A DNA stretch of 63,965 bases, counting the filler, from Trypethelium eluteriae (Eukaryota): the NCBI GenBank assembly GCA_051942245.1. It is 3 parts of 3 records of this genome, joined end to end, with 100 filler letters (N's around TTAATTAATTAA, not from the genome) between each part and the next. Parts side by side here need not be neighbours in the genome. Positions count along the whole stretch, not along the records: positions 21,626 to 43,148 come from JAVECL010000469.1; positions 43,249 to 63,965 come from JAVECL010000488.1; 1 more part is not named here. One strand, written 5' to 3'. The translations under genes and the position numbers were made by a program. Below, piece by piece: positions 36,958 to 48,805 of the stretch. Below the pieces are notes generated by a model that worked only from the letters and a program-made list of their open reading frames with translations, did no database searches and was not told where the DNA came from. The stretch's first letter is position 1; each line of letters opens with the position of its first letter.

Positions 36958-39900
36958 ATGGCTTCTCAACACCATCCTTCCGTGGCCGCACCCGCCCCTG
37001 TACCTCAAGTAGCTGCCTCCCATATTCCGCCTCCTCGAGCCTCCAATGCGCCTCCCGGCACTTTTGCACCCGGGACGAAAGTCCAAGTTGGTCAGCACAG
37101 AGTTGTTATTGAGAAATACCTGTCCGAAGGAGGATTTGCGCATGTCTACGTTGTCAAAGTACCACTTTCAGGAGGGAAGACCGAGACGGCCGTTTTGAAG
37201 AGAGTCGCTGTACCCGATAAAGAGACGTTGGCAAATATGAGGACTGAAGTGGAGACTATGAAAAGACTCAAGGGTCATCGACACATCGTCACATATATCG
37301 ACTCACACGCCTCGCAGCTGAAAGGAGGAGGCTATGAGGTGTTTTTGCTCATGGAATATTGCGATGGAGGCGGACTGATTGACTTTATGAATACACGGCT
37401 ACAGAATCGTCTTACAGAGCCGGAAATCCTCAAGATCTTCTCTGATGTAGCAGAAGGAGTGGCTTCAATGCACTACTTGAAGCCACCGCTATTACACCGA
37501 GATTTGAAGGTTGAGAACGTCTTGATCACAAAATCGAGTTCCTCCAGGACATACAAGGTCTGCGATTTTGGTTCTGCTGCTCAACCAAGGCCCGCTGCCA
37601 CAACCGCGCAAGAAGGGCGACTCATCGAGGACGACGTGCAGCGCCACACAACAATGCAATACCGAAGTCCAGAAATGATTGACGTGTACCGGAGACAGCC
37701 CATTGATGAAAAAAGCGATATATGGGCTCTGGGTGTCCTGCTGTATAAACTATGCTATTATACAACTCCCTTCGAGGATCAGGGTCAGATGGCAATCTTG
37801 AATGCCAGTTATAAGTATCCCAATTACCCTGTCTTTTCGGACCGGATCAAAAAGCTCATAGGTAAGGCCTCATCTGAGTGATGTATGAGTGGTATTTGAC
37901 CAAATCCAGCCTCGATGCTACGAGAGAATCCCAAATCAAGACCAAACATTTACCAGGTCATCGTCGAGGTCTGCGCTATGCGTGGCGCCGACGTTCCTGT
38001 TAAAGATGTACGTCCGAGCCTAGAATTAGTATTCTACATACTAATCGATTTTAGATCTATGCACATCGTACGCAGTCAGAAGTACGGAGAAACCAAGAAT
38101 TGCCAGCGCCAAGCCCAAATGTATCATCGCCCCCTCCATCGATTGGGCTTCAAAAAGCAGATCCTGTACGAGTACAACAGCCAGTTCCAGAGGTCACCCC
38201 AGGAAGACGTGGAAGACTACCACCGCCTGCCCAACAGCAACAGCGAAGTGCTAGACCAAGTCCGTCCCCTGCTCGTGGAACTTCAGCTGATCCATTTGCT
38301 GCGCTCGACAATCCATCTCAGCCAATTAGGGCAGCAGCGGTTGATGAACTTTCTAATCGATTCCCATCCTTGGATGAGTTCTCCATCCTGCATGATAAGG
38401 GTAGCAAGTTCAATTTCGAACCGTCCAGCGCACCAGCCGAACCAGTACAAGAGAATCTCAATAAGCGAGTTACAGACGCACTGGCAGATGAGGCATTTGC
38501 TCAACCCAGTGCTCCGAAGAACGACCTCAGCTCTCGTCTTTCCAGTACTGCCGGCGTTTCACGGTCGACATCTCTACGTAAGGACAAGGCGCAAGACGCA
38601 AAAGTACCTCAAATTGCCTCGCCGGCGGCAATCTCTCAACCAGCCCCACAGCGTCCCTCCTACACTTCAACTGGCACAATGACATCTCCAACCCCCCCTC
38701 AAGCAAAATCTTCGGATGTCAACAGACTGCCAATATGGCGTGTACCTAAACAGCCTTCTGGGGACAACCGAGCTTTCAGTCAGCCTAGACCGTCGGAAAG
38801 TGCTGTTGCTGCTGCCGCATCATTAAAACCTAATGCGCCTCAACAACGACCCGAGCTTACAGAACTTCATCGTTCTCGCTCTCAAACTCATACTCGAAGC
38901 TCATTAAACCTCCCAAGATCTCCTGCTTCTTCCCGACCGTCTTTGGAAGGCCAGCGGCCTGCAGCATTTGAATTGTCAAAGTTAAACGATGACTTTGGCG
39001 ATGCACTTAGTCGCTCAAAATCTGCTAATTCTCGTAATCGACCTTCGGGTACTCATGTCGAGTCGAATCTGGATTTTCTCCGTGACAAAGAGAAACAGTA
39101 CAATCGTCGTGGCTCCTCGCGAGGTGCTTCGCTTGACATACAAAGGCCTATTACAACTACAGCTGCCGATTTTGATCCTGCTGTAGAGCCCGACGATAGA
39201 CAAATCTCCTCAGACATGGATTTTCTCCGCAAAATGGAATCTGAAGACTCCTCCAAAAAGCGACATCACCGACGCGTTAGCAGCGGAGGCCCCAAACATG
39301 TCAAACGCTCCAGCATGCCCTCTATCTCTCTCTCCAAAACCAAACATAATCTTGCTGGCAAATTTGGCGACGCCTTCCGTCGCTTCGAAGGTAACGCCAA
39401 CCAATCTGGACCGAAAACTCCCGAACCACAAGACGAAAGCGCTGCTCTGAATGCTAAGCATGAACTTACACCGATCGCCGGCTCCGAAGCAACTGGTAGC
39501 ACAAGAGATGACGACGACCTCCAGATCGATGAAACCGAAGACCTCTCCCCTGAAGTCCGGCGCGAGATGGAAAAGCGCCTCCTGGAACAGGAGGAACGGC
39601 GCGTCGAAGCTGCCGCCGCCGAGTATCGAAAACGCATGGCTGCAGGTGGGAAGAGCGCATCTGGCGGAGGCAGCGCCAAAGCTAGCACCATACAGAACCG
39701 CGTTCGTAATCTCCTCGACGATGCGGATGCGCGACCAGGGCAGAAGACAGCGGAAGGGTACGGACGTTTTACGAAGGAGCAGCGATCACCCGAGGACCCG
39801 CAGTCAGAGCACGCACGATCAACACATACAGGCTACGGAGGCGGAGGCAGTTTAGACCGGAGATTAGGGGCCGCCGCAGCCGGAACTACGCGCGTTCCGC

Positions 39901-40292
39901 TGCCCTCTCAGCAACAGCTACCCAAACCGCACACCGTGTCTCTTCCAGCTTCGCTATCAATCAACACCCGTCCGCCCGCTTCCGCATCGCCCGCTTCGCA
40001 GCGCACGGGACCCACCAGCAGCGCGCGTCCCGTCGCGCCGCCGAAGCCTTCTCCAAAACCAGTTGCGCTCAGGACTGGCGGTGGTGGTCCCGGTGGGCTG
40101 GACAAGCAGCTCCCTGCTGTGCCAACGAAGCCTGGTCAGCTATCGCCATCGAAATCTAGGGCCTCAGCTTCAATGAGGGAGGTGAGGGCAGGGTTGGATG
40201 GAGCTGCGCCAGAGGAGGAGGATTGGGAGAGGGATTTTAGTAAGCGATATCCGAGCTTGAGTGGGCTGGAGATGGTGGAGAGGCAAGTGTGA
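36958..40292 (+). CDS. NAK-family Ser/Thr kinase (Ark1/Prk1/Akl1-like)
   Basis: SEGGFAHVY, HRDLKVEN, DFG, TTMQYRSPE, DPF motif and RFPSL/RYPSL motifs. Introns 37862-37909 and 38008-38053. Confidence 0.92.
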
Positions 40293-40763
40293 ATGGGAGT
40301 ATGTATTGGGCAAGGCGTCAAGGTGTATGGCGGCAGCATGGTATTATGCAATAGAGGACTTTGAGTTGGTTCTACATACCTAGGGTAGGTCGCTAGAGCA
40401 TGTATTGGCAAGACAAGAAGCTGCTGCCTTGTCCGGGTCATATAGACGCCCGTCGTTTCGAAAGAGAATTGATTGGGCAATAATCACTGAAAGACCCACG
40501 AGCATTGGGCATCCAATAGACATTAGACGTACATCTTTTCCTAGACGATAGCGCTCCACAATTCTGTTTCGGAATGCCACATGGCGTAAGACGTTCTGTG
40601 AACTGCATCGAAACTTGCCTTTCATTCTCTGACTTTTCGCGTCAAGAAATATGATTTCATAGTGCAGCAACAGCCTCACTCATCATGACTGTAGCCAACA
40701 ACCCTGGACAGAAACTTTGTAGCTGAACATGTAGGTATGCATGCAGAGGCCTACATAGCCCTC

Positions 40764-41539
40764 CTTGGCAATTGTCGGGATGCTGACCAAATCTATTCGC
40801 CAAGAATTGCCGAGAGCGCGGCGGGCATCGGGGAGGGAATGCCAAGACCGAAGTGCAGCCTGGCGTGCCAAGACTTGCGCACAGGTGGCATCGACTGAAA
40901 TCTGGCGAGCTCAATGTGGCAGCTACGTCTCAAGGCTGCAGTGTTGTTGTTTTTAAGCCATATCGGTCACCCACGCGTGATGCTGGGCATCGACGACAGC
41001 ATCACCCATAGAACTTTTTTTCGAAAGACGTTGACACTTCCTGAGATGGCAAGCAGTCCCCTGATGAGCTCCCGGCTTGACACAGCACAGCGGCGGACTG
41101 GCAGTGAGGGTGCGTACGATGCCAAGAAATGCCAAGCCGCTAAGTCCCTCCTCCGCCGCAGTTGCACGTTGCTCCGCCCAGTAAGAACGTTGCAATCACC
41201 AATGTCCCCGGACTACGGAGTAGCATCCTCTGAAAACCGCAAGGGCGATATACGAGCGTAAGGTAAGACTTGGGAGCCCACCTTCCCAGCCGTGCATTCT
41301 CTCTCTGGTTCTGTCCGTCGCTCTCCTGACAAGACCCGCTCAAACGCCAAGCTCTCGGCGTCTTGGCAGCGCGGGACTCCCTCATAACCCTCTCCATCCC
41401 TCCTGGAAGCCACGAAAGCCTGTGTCTGCCTCGCGACTATTATATCATCGTTGCTCCCACTTGTCGTTGCGTTCACAGTCCGAAGTGGAGAGTATCGAAC
41501 TTACTAGCTCAACCACATCGGCCGCAAAGACGCGCCAAG
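40764..41539. promoter_or_regulatory. Cluster of ten PacC/Rim101 consensus sites (GCCARG) upstream of pacC
   Basis: GCCAAG at 40799, 40841, 40867, 41121, 41131, 41346 and 41534. Reverse CTTGGC at 40764 and 41362. Reverse CCTGGC at 40859. Confidence 0.8.
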
Positions 41540-41585
41540 ACCAATCAGGAATTATTCGAGAATCAAGGACCAATTACGCGTGAGA

Positions 41586-43148
41586 ATGACGGCCTCGGTA
41601 GGAGAAAATCACAGCACTACGACGCCAACTGGGAACCTGGGCCATCAGCAGCCGTTACAACCATCGCAGAGTCAGGCTGGACAACAGCAGACTGCATCCA
41701 CATCTAATGCGGTTGATTCCTTGACCTGCCAATGGAATGGATGTGGTGAGCGATGCGCCAATCCAGAACAATTATATGTAAGTTCATCAGCGTTTTTTGA
41801 ACTTTTTTGAATTCACCTGAAACTGCCCGCAAAACTTAATCCTACAAAATTCAACATTATCCAGACTGCTACTTCGTGACTGATACTGTCTTCATGGCAT
41901 ACTCCAACGAGGCAGCAGGCACTGACTTCCCTTGTAGGACCATGTCTGCGAGAGGCATATTGGCCGCAAGTCGACCAATAACCTATGCCTGACTTGTCAA
42001 TGGGGCACATGCCGGACGACAACAGTGAAGCGTGACCATATCACGTCGCACATCCGTGTTCACGTTCCGTTGAAGCCTCACAAGTGCGACTTTTGTCAAA
42101 AGGCGTTCAAGCGTCCCCAGGATCTGAAGAAACACGTCAAAACCCATGCCGATGATTCCGTATTAATCCGCTCACCAGAGCCAAATCAACGCATGAATGG
42201 TACGCCTCAAGCATTTCCGCCCCAGCATGGTGGCCGAGGTAAGTCTTCTCACTATGACGAATGTCGGAGTAAGCCATTGATCATTTCACCACAGGTCTCC
42301 AAAATCTCGCTGCCAATGCAAGCTATCATGGCGGTTCAGACTACAACCTAGGTGGCGCTGCTGCAAGCTTCAATCATCCACACAGTGGCAATCCTTCTTT
42401 CTATAACGGAGGCCACCACAATCCAGCTGCTGCCTCGGCCTATGGTCAAGTCTACTACGCCGTCAATCCTCATGGCGCTCAAACGTTCGATTCCGGCTCA
42501 GACTATACAATGCGCAAGCGTGGATTTGAGGACATCAACGAATTTTTTGGCGACGTCAAACGTCATCGCATGAGCACCTCTTACAGCGACATCAGCGGTC
42601 GTCTCGCTGCCCTCTCCGGTATTGCCCCATATCTCTCCGGCAGCTCCAACTACGGCGGTGGTTCCATGGACTCCTTCTCATCTGGCGGCAACAGCCTGAT
42701 GTTGGGAGGTATGGCCTCAGGCGCGGGTGGTAATAGTAGTGGCGGCGGTGGCGCAGGCGTAGCCACCCAGCAGCACTACTCCCTTCCGCAACCCACCCCA
42801 CAAATGGCCAACGCCCGCACAAAAAACGATCTTACCCAAATTGACGCCTTCCTCCAAGACATGCAAACCAACATCTACGAACACCCCGCCCAAGCCGCCG
42901 CGGCCGGAGTCCAACATCCAGGCATCCACGCCATGCACGCCGCCGTCAACTTCCGCGCCGGCGACTCCCCCCCAGCCATACCGCACCACGCCTCGTCCAT
43001 CTCCTCCACCAGCTCCCAACCCATGACCGCGCACGCACTCGCCCACCTCGCGAATCCCCACACCGGCGTCGCCACCATGGCCGCCGCAAACCACGTCTCC
43101 CCGGCCTCTGCGCACTCCCTCGACACCCCCGCCCTCACGCCCTCCTCC
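41586..43148 (+). CDS. pacC: pH-response C2H2 transcription factor PacC/Rim101, 3' end lost in gap
   Basis: Zinc fingers [38 protein letters not shown] and [14 protein letters not shown], plus FFGDVKR and RTKNDL motifs. Introns 41778-41937 and 42239-42294. Confidence 0.96.
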
Positions 43149-43248
43149 NNNNNNNNNNNNNNNNNNNNNNNNNNNNNNNNNNNNNNNNNNNNTTAATTAA
43201 TTAANNNNNNNNNNNNNNNNNNNNNNNNNNNNNNNNNNNNNNNNNNNN
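43149..43248. other. Artificial assembly spacer (N44-TTAATTAATTAA-N44)
   Basis: Identical in design to the first spacer. Linker at 43193-43204. Confidence 0.97.
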
Positions 43249-43425
43249 CGTCGACGGGGCTCCGATAGTTCGTCTGAGTCCGGAGGGTTTCGCGATGCGC
43301 TGGGCGGCGAGAAGTGGTATATTGGCGGGAGGACGGCGGGAGGGGAGGAGCGGTTCTTTCAGGTGGGGTTGGTGCGGAGGCCGAGGAGCGTGGATCGGGA
43401 GAGCGCGGATCGGTTGAGTTTGTGA
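43249..43425 (+). CDS. C-terminal fragment of an unidentified protein (probably not PacC)
   Basis: Open frame from the gap edge: RRRGSDSSSESGGFRDALGGEKWYIGGRTAGGEERFFQVGLVRRPRSVDRESADRLSL-TGA. Confidence 0.55.
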   Translation, partial: RRRGSDSSSESGGFRDALGGEKWYIGGRTAGGEERFFQVGLVRRPRSVDRESADRLSL

Positions 43426-44050
43426 GAGAAGCAGGGGGACTCCTGGGGGAAAAGTGTGGGAAGAGAGAATTGGGGGGTTTGTTTTATCGTGTGGTCATGG
43501 ATGCATGGGTTGGCGCTTGGGGCGATGGATGGTTTCATGTCTGGCAAAGAGGGTTTCTGGCGGGTATAGATGGCTCGATAAAGACGCGGGGACTGGAAAC
43601 ATTGCAGGATTTATCTGGGCTTGCCACGGAGGCGATGCCTATATGGCGACTAGATACATTGGAACAGAGATTCTAAATGACTTGTTCGGTATTGCATTTC
43701 CTTGTGATTTCCTCTCGTGACATGCCACTGTCCAGTGGCTCAGCTTCAAGCTTGACCTTTTCCCATACTAGCGCCTCGGATGGGACCACGCTCATCAAAA
43801 TTCAACAGCCCGAGAATCGGGATCATGCGGAAAGACCCAGCAGTCTATATGTCTTACCTTGAACGCTTCAATTTCATATGTTTTGTGTGTGAGACCTATT
43901 CGGCCTCTACCCGGTCAGTTGAGGACATTCCTCCGGCCAAGAATCATCCTTTGGTATCTCCCGGCCTGTGGAGATTGAGATATTTGGAATAGTAAATGGC
44001 AGTGGTCAGAGTAGGCGACTTTTGTATTACTCTTATCAGTTTGTTGATGC

Positions 44051-45704
44051 CTATATTTTCGGTTCTTGCGAGGCTTCTCGATCGACTTGCTGTTTGCTCT
44101 TTTGCCTTGCCTCTTTTTTGGCGTCGACCCGGTCTGACCACGTGCGGCCCCATAGCGTTGTAGCGTATACGGCAAAAGAGCTTACGACTAAGAAACAAGC
44201 AGAGATGGTGCTGAACCATCCAACGCCAATCTTTTCAATCGCTGGAAGGCAAACCGCGGTCCCTGCTGCGGCAAATATATAGCGGATCATGTAGTTGCCC
44301 GCTGCACATGATGCTTAGCCTCAGAAACAATGAAGATGAGACACGAGAATCTCAAGATATGGACTTACCAACTACTTCGCCACTGCGATGTTGCATTACA
44401 TCCACGCAATATGTATTCAAACTTGGGAAACAGAAAAGCTGGGCGACTCCTTGTAGAAACATGACTATGACCGGTAGGGGAACGCCTCCGACTTCCTTGT
44501 CGATACTCCATCCGTACACTAACATGCAACCCGGAATAACGGCGCCCATGAATGGTATACAAGCCCGAAGTCGATCCTCTGGAACCCGTTTGCCACGTTT
44601 TTTTATGTACTTCTTCACAGTGTAGTCGGCCCAGCGTCCGCCGAAGAATGTGCCCAGCAAATAACCGCACCCCGGCGCAATGTAGAAGAGACCCGATTGC
44701 ATCGGAGACGTCAGATGAAAGCGAGGATTCAGCACATAGCGGATCGGTGTAAGTAGACTGTACATGTTCCAGACAAGAGCTGAAGACGCTACGCCTGCAA
44801 TCAGTAGGTTGGGGTAGCGGTACAGTCTAATAACCCGAAAAGGATTCGTCCATTGCCAGAGCTTATGGGCATAGGTACTCTTGCTGAGACCTTCCAGCTC
44901 GACTGATCGCTTATAATGGATTGTTTCTGGGAGCAAGAGGGAGAGTAGGACAGCTGCAAACCCACCAAGTGAAGATTGCAGCCAGAATACGTCTCGCCAC
45001 GATTTATACGTGACGATGATGCCTGAGATGAAAGGGCCGAATGCTGGTCCAATAAGAGCTCCACTAAGATACCATGAATATGCTGTCCCTCTTTCTGTGG
45101 GTCTGTAGATATCACCGATGCAGCTCGCTCCTACGATCAGGAATGCCGTACCTTGGAACGCGGTCAAGATGCGAAAGACGAAAAACGAAGCAAGATTCGG
45201 TGACAATGCTGTGCCAATAGAGAAAGCGGTAAATAGCCAGCCGCATGTCACGCAAACCCATCTTCTGCCGTATACTTGACTCAAGGGACCGCAGAACACA
45301 GGAGATATGCCCATACCGATAAGGTACAAAGCATTGGATACGTTAACAATAGTTCCGGTAGAATTGAACGTAGAGGCAATATCGGGAACCGCAGGTAAGA
45401 CCATTGTGGAAGATGTGGGTGCTAAGAAGCCACAGAGGGAGAGGACACAAGTGATGATGACTTTCCTATGATTCGGCAGGCGATCATATACTTCATCCCC
45501 ATCTTCGCGGAACGCGTCCGGTGTCGTCATGTCATGACTGCTGATATGACTTTGGACCTGCTCTACTGGTTCACCTACTGGCTCTTCTGTTGTGGTCGAT
45601 GCTGCTGGAAGCTTAGTCTCTTCTGGCTGTCCACGCTCGAGGTCATCGAGGACATTGTTCTCTGGTCCGGATGTTTCTCCGAGTCTTTCAGCGCCGGTGG
45701 ACAT
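44051..45704 (-). CDS. MFS drug:H+ antiporter (DHA1-like) transporter
   Basis: 12-TM pattern with GPLSQVYGRR, GDIYRPTERG and GPAFGP. One intron at about 44367-44304. Confidence 0.9.
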
Positions 45705-46865
45705 TTTGATATATCATTGATTGCGGGTCGATTCTTGAGATTTCCAAAAGGATCTGGGGCTGGCATAAAACAGAAAAAAAGGACAATCCCGAGGATGAAG
45801 AAGATGGGCGCGGAATTGGAGAGAAGGAGATAATACGTTGAGTCACTAATGATAGCCATCTTGATAGAGCGGGAAGTCGCTTGACCAGCGGCGAACTAAT
45901 ACCCTGCAAATTGCAGACGTGGATGCAGATCGGAGGTGAGATGAGTCGGTGGGCCTCGGGCTAAACTATCACGAGGGTCTGGTGGTGGGAATGATGGTGG
46001 GATTGAGATACAAACGTTCACGGATATCCGGCAAATTCACCCTTGCGCTCTTTGGGAAGGTCGCCTTTACCCAGTTCGTCCTCTCCATGCAGACAAGCTT
46101 TACTGGATTCTTATAAGATGAAGGCCGCTGGGGTGCGGCCAGTGGCCCTAGGGTGCTAGATTGCTGAAAATAGTCCGGTGAAGGTTGAGTGGAGTCAGTG
46201 GGTACAAAACCGAGGACCAGGGTTAAATTTCTTCACCCCGGTCGAGATTTGACGTGCACACGATGTGCTATCGTGCAGACTGGGCTTCATTCTGGTTGTA
46301 CCCGCGATATCTGCCTCTCCGTGAGCTTTCGTATTCTCTTGCAGGCAATTGCTAAGCTACAGTAGTGTTGTTGTAGCAGCGACCCAAAAGGTTTCTCGAC
46401 CTGAGTTGCCTAAGGCCAATAAATCGGGTCTTTTCTGGCATATGCTTGCAACTTCAGCACAAGCAAGGCAAGCAGGTCATCAAGCAGTGAAGAATGGTGA
46501 CCGGTAAGCAAGTGTTAGGGAAAGAAACGAGCTCGAGAAAAGAAGGAAACAAATTGATGGCGGTAGTAGACAGAGCGACTCCTGTGGAGCTTGATAATGA
46601 TGATCCACTCAGATTATCTTTTACTAAGGAGCCTGTGTCGTAACACCCCGCACTTTTTTTTCAGAAGCCAAACGACACTTGTTAAACCAAAAAGACGAAG
46701 GCCTTTAGAGATCATCGATTTGTCACAATATTTGACGACGTTGCAATCATACCAGAGCTGCGGTTTGGTGACCAAAATAATTTATCAAAACTTCTTGAGA
46801 GTTCCAAGTGGGTAACATGGGTTCATAAATCCTTCCAACAATTCCGAGCCAGAGATAGAAAGAAA

Positions 46866-48081
46866 ATGTCACTCGATGCAACCGAAAATCCCATAAGCGG
46901 TCTATGGAGGCCCACGCAACTCAGCAAACTCTACTACGGCCCTCAATGCGTCCAAAAATACCTCCTCTCCTGCCTTCCCCAGGATATCTCTAAAGCCTTC
47001 ATTATAACCGGCTCCTCCCTCGCCCAAAGAACGTCCCTCATTACCCAGGTCGAGCAGCTCCTCGGCGCCAAACACGCCGGCACCTTTTCCTCGATTAAAC
47101 AGCATGCTCTCATTGCGCAACTCGACGAAGCCACTGATATCATCTCTAATGATACATCGATCGATACTTTGGTTTCTATTGGTGGTGGCAGTCCCATCGA
47201 CTCGGCGAAGGTGATTTCCTATCGTAACCACGAGAAACATGGATCCTATCTCTACCATATTGCCATTCCCACGACGCTTTCGGCGGCAGAATGCACCATG
47301 GGGGCGGCATATACGATGAACAAGGGTCAGAAAACCTTTATCATTCACCCAGAACTGGCGCCAAAAGCAATCCTGTATGACGCAACGTTTGCGCAAGCGA
47401 CGCCAGATCGCTTATGGCTGGGCACGGGACTGAGAGCGCTGGATCATGCTATGGAGCTAATGTACCATCCCACAGCGACGGAGGTCCCTTGCAAACAGAT
47501 GTGTCTGCAAGCTGCGTCAGATTTGCTAGTTTACCTACCTAAGTACAAGGAGAATCCCAAAGACGTGGACGTGGTGACAAGATTGCAGCTGGCGGCGTTT
47601 GCTTCGTTGGGATTTTTAGGGCTAAATATGAAACCCCTGGGTTTGAGGTAAGTCTTCCGTTCCGTTGGAGAGACCAGGGATACTCGTGCACAGAGCGGTG
47701 CTCATTGAGATGGCGGATAGCCATGCCCTAGGCTATGCGCTCGGCAGCCCGTATGGTATTCCCCATGGCGAGACGTCATGTCTGACACTCGGTCACGTTG
47801 TCAAGCTGAAGGCGAGAACGGATCCGGCTGCTGCGCAGAACATTGCGCGCATATTACCTTGTATTGGACAATTACGAACAGGAGACAACAAAGTTGATGG
47901 AGAGACAGTAGGAGACGTTATTTTGAACTTTGTGAAGAGCTTGGGACTGTATAAAAAGCTAGGGGAGTATGGAGTTGAGGAGGATCAGGTCGATATCATT
48001 ACGAAGAGCGCGACAGGGGGGAAGGGGAAGGGGAACCTTGAATACGAGTCGGTTGAGGCACTGGTCAAGGGGTTATACTAG
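46866..48081 (+). CDS. Iron-containing alcohol dehydrogenase family protein (maleylacetate reductase-like)
   Basis: GGGSPID, IPTTLSAAE, ALDHAME and LSHALG...IPHG. Intron 47648-47720. Confidence 0.88.
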
Positions 48082-48805
48082 GGTCTGAATCGCTCGAGAT
48101 GATCGGGGAAATCTTAGAGTAAATTTACTGTACATATTAGTTCGGTAGTAAAGGTACTTTTAGAACACGCCTGTAAGCTTGGGCATCATTAAGACATAAG
48201 GTGTGGCCCAAGTCTATTAATATCTTCATTGCACATTTACCATCTAGCTTCATCAAAGCCGCTTGTAGAATAAACTCACCCGGGTCAGGAGACTCCTGAA
48301 CGAGGCGAATAACAAGGTTCTCCAAGAGTGACACCGAGGGACTGCCTTAATTGAAGGTAAGTTCAATGTGACTCTTACTGCCCGCATCTGAATAAGAGCG
48401 ATTTCCCAGCGTCAAGGTAGAAAATGACAAGTGGCGACTTCCAATCCTTAGTAGAGATGATTCATGATGGTACTGTATAATCTTGTGGGTGTGGTAGTTG
48501 GGACCTGACGCTTCGGCCAAGCGATCTCCGGAAACTGATCGGCAAAGGTGTTCACTTTATTTCTACTCGAACTTTAAAGCGACCCACCACAAAAGAATCA
48601 GCAGAACCAAAATCTCTCATTGTCGGACGACGTACTGTTATGCGAAGGCTATGTCGGGTCCTTGGAGACTTACTCTAGGGTTCTTGGCTTTTCAATGAGA
48701 AGCAAGGGTAGGACGACTTCCCTTGAAGCTCTTAGAACAGTTTAAGGGCAGAAATTCCTAGTCCCAACTTATCGCCAGAAGAATTCGTTCCGGAAACTAT
48801 TCAGA

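Noticed and set aside
42484..42500. GTTCGATTCC resembling a tRNA T-loop
   Set aside because: It lies inside the pacC exon with no cloverleaf or A box.
44051..48081. MFS + Fe-ADH (or PhyH + MFS) as a metabolic gene cluster
   Set aside because: No backbone enzyme or regulator is present, and the PhyH-MFS adjacency spans an artificial spacer.
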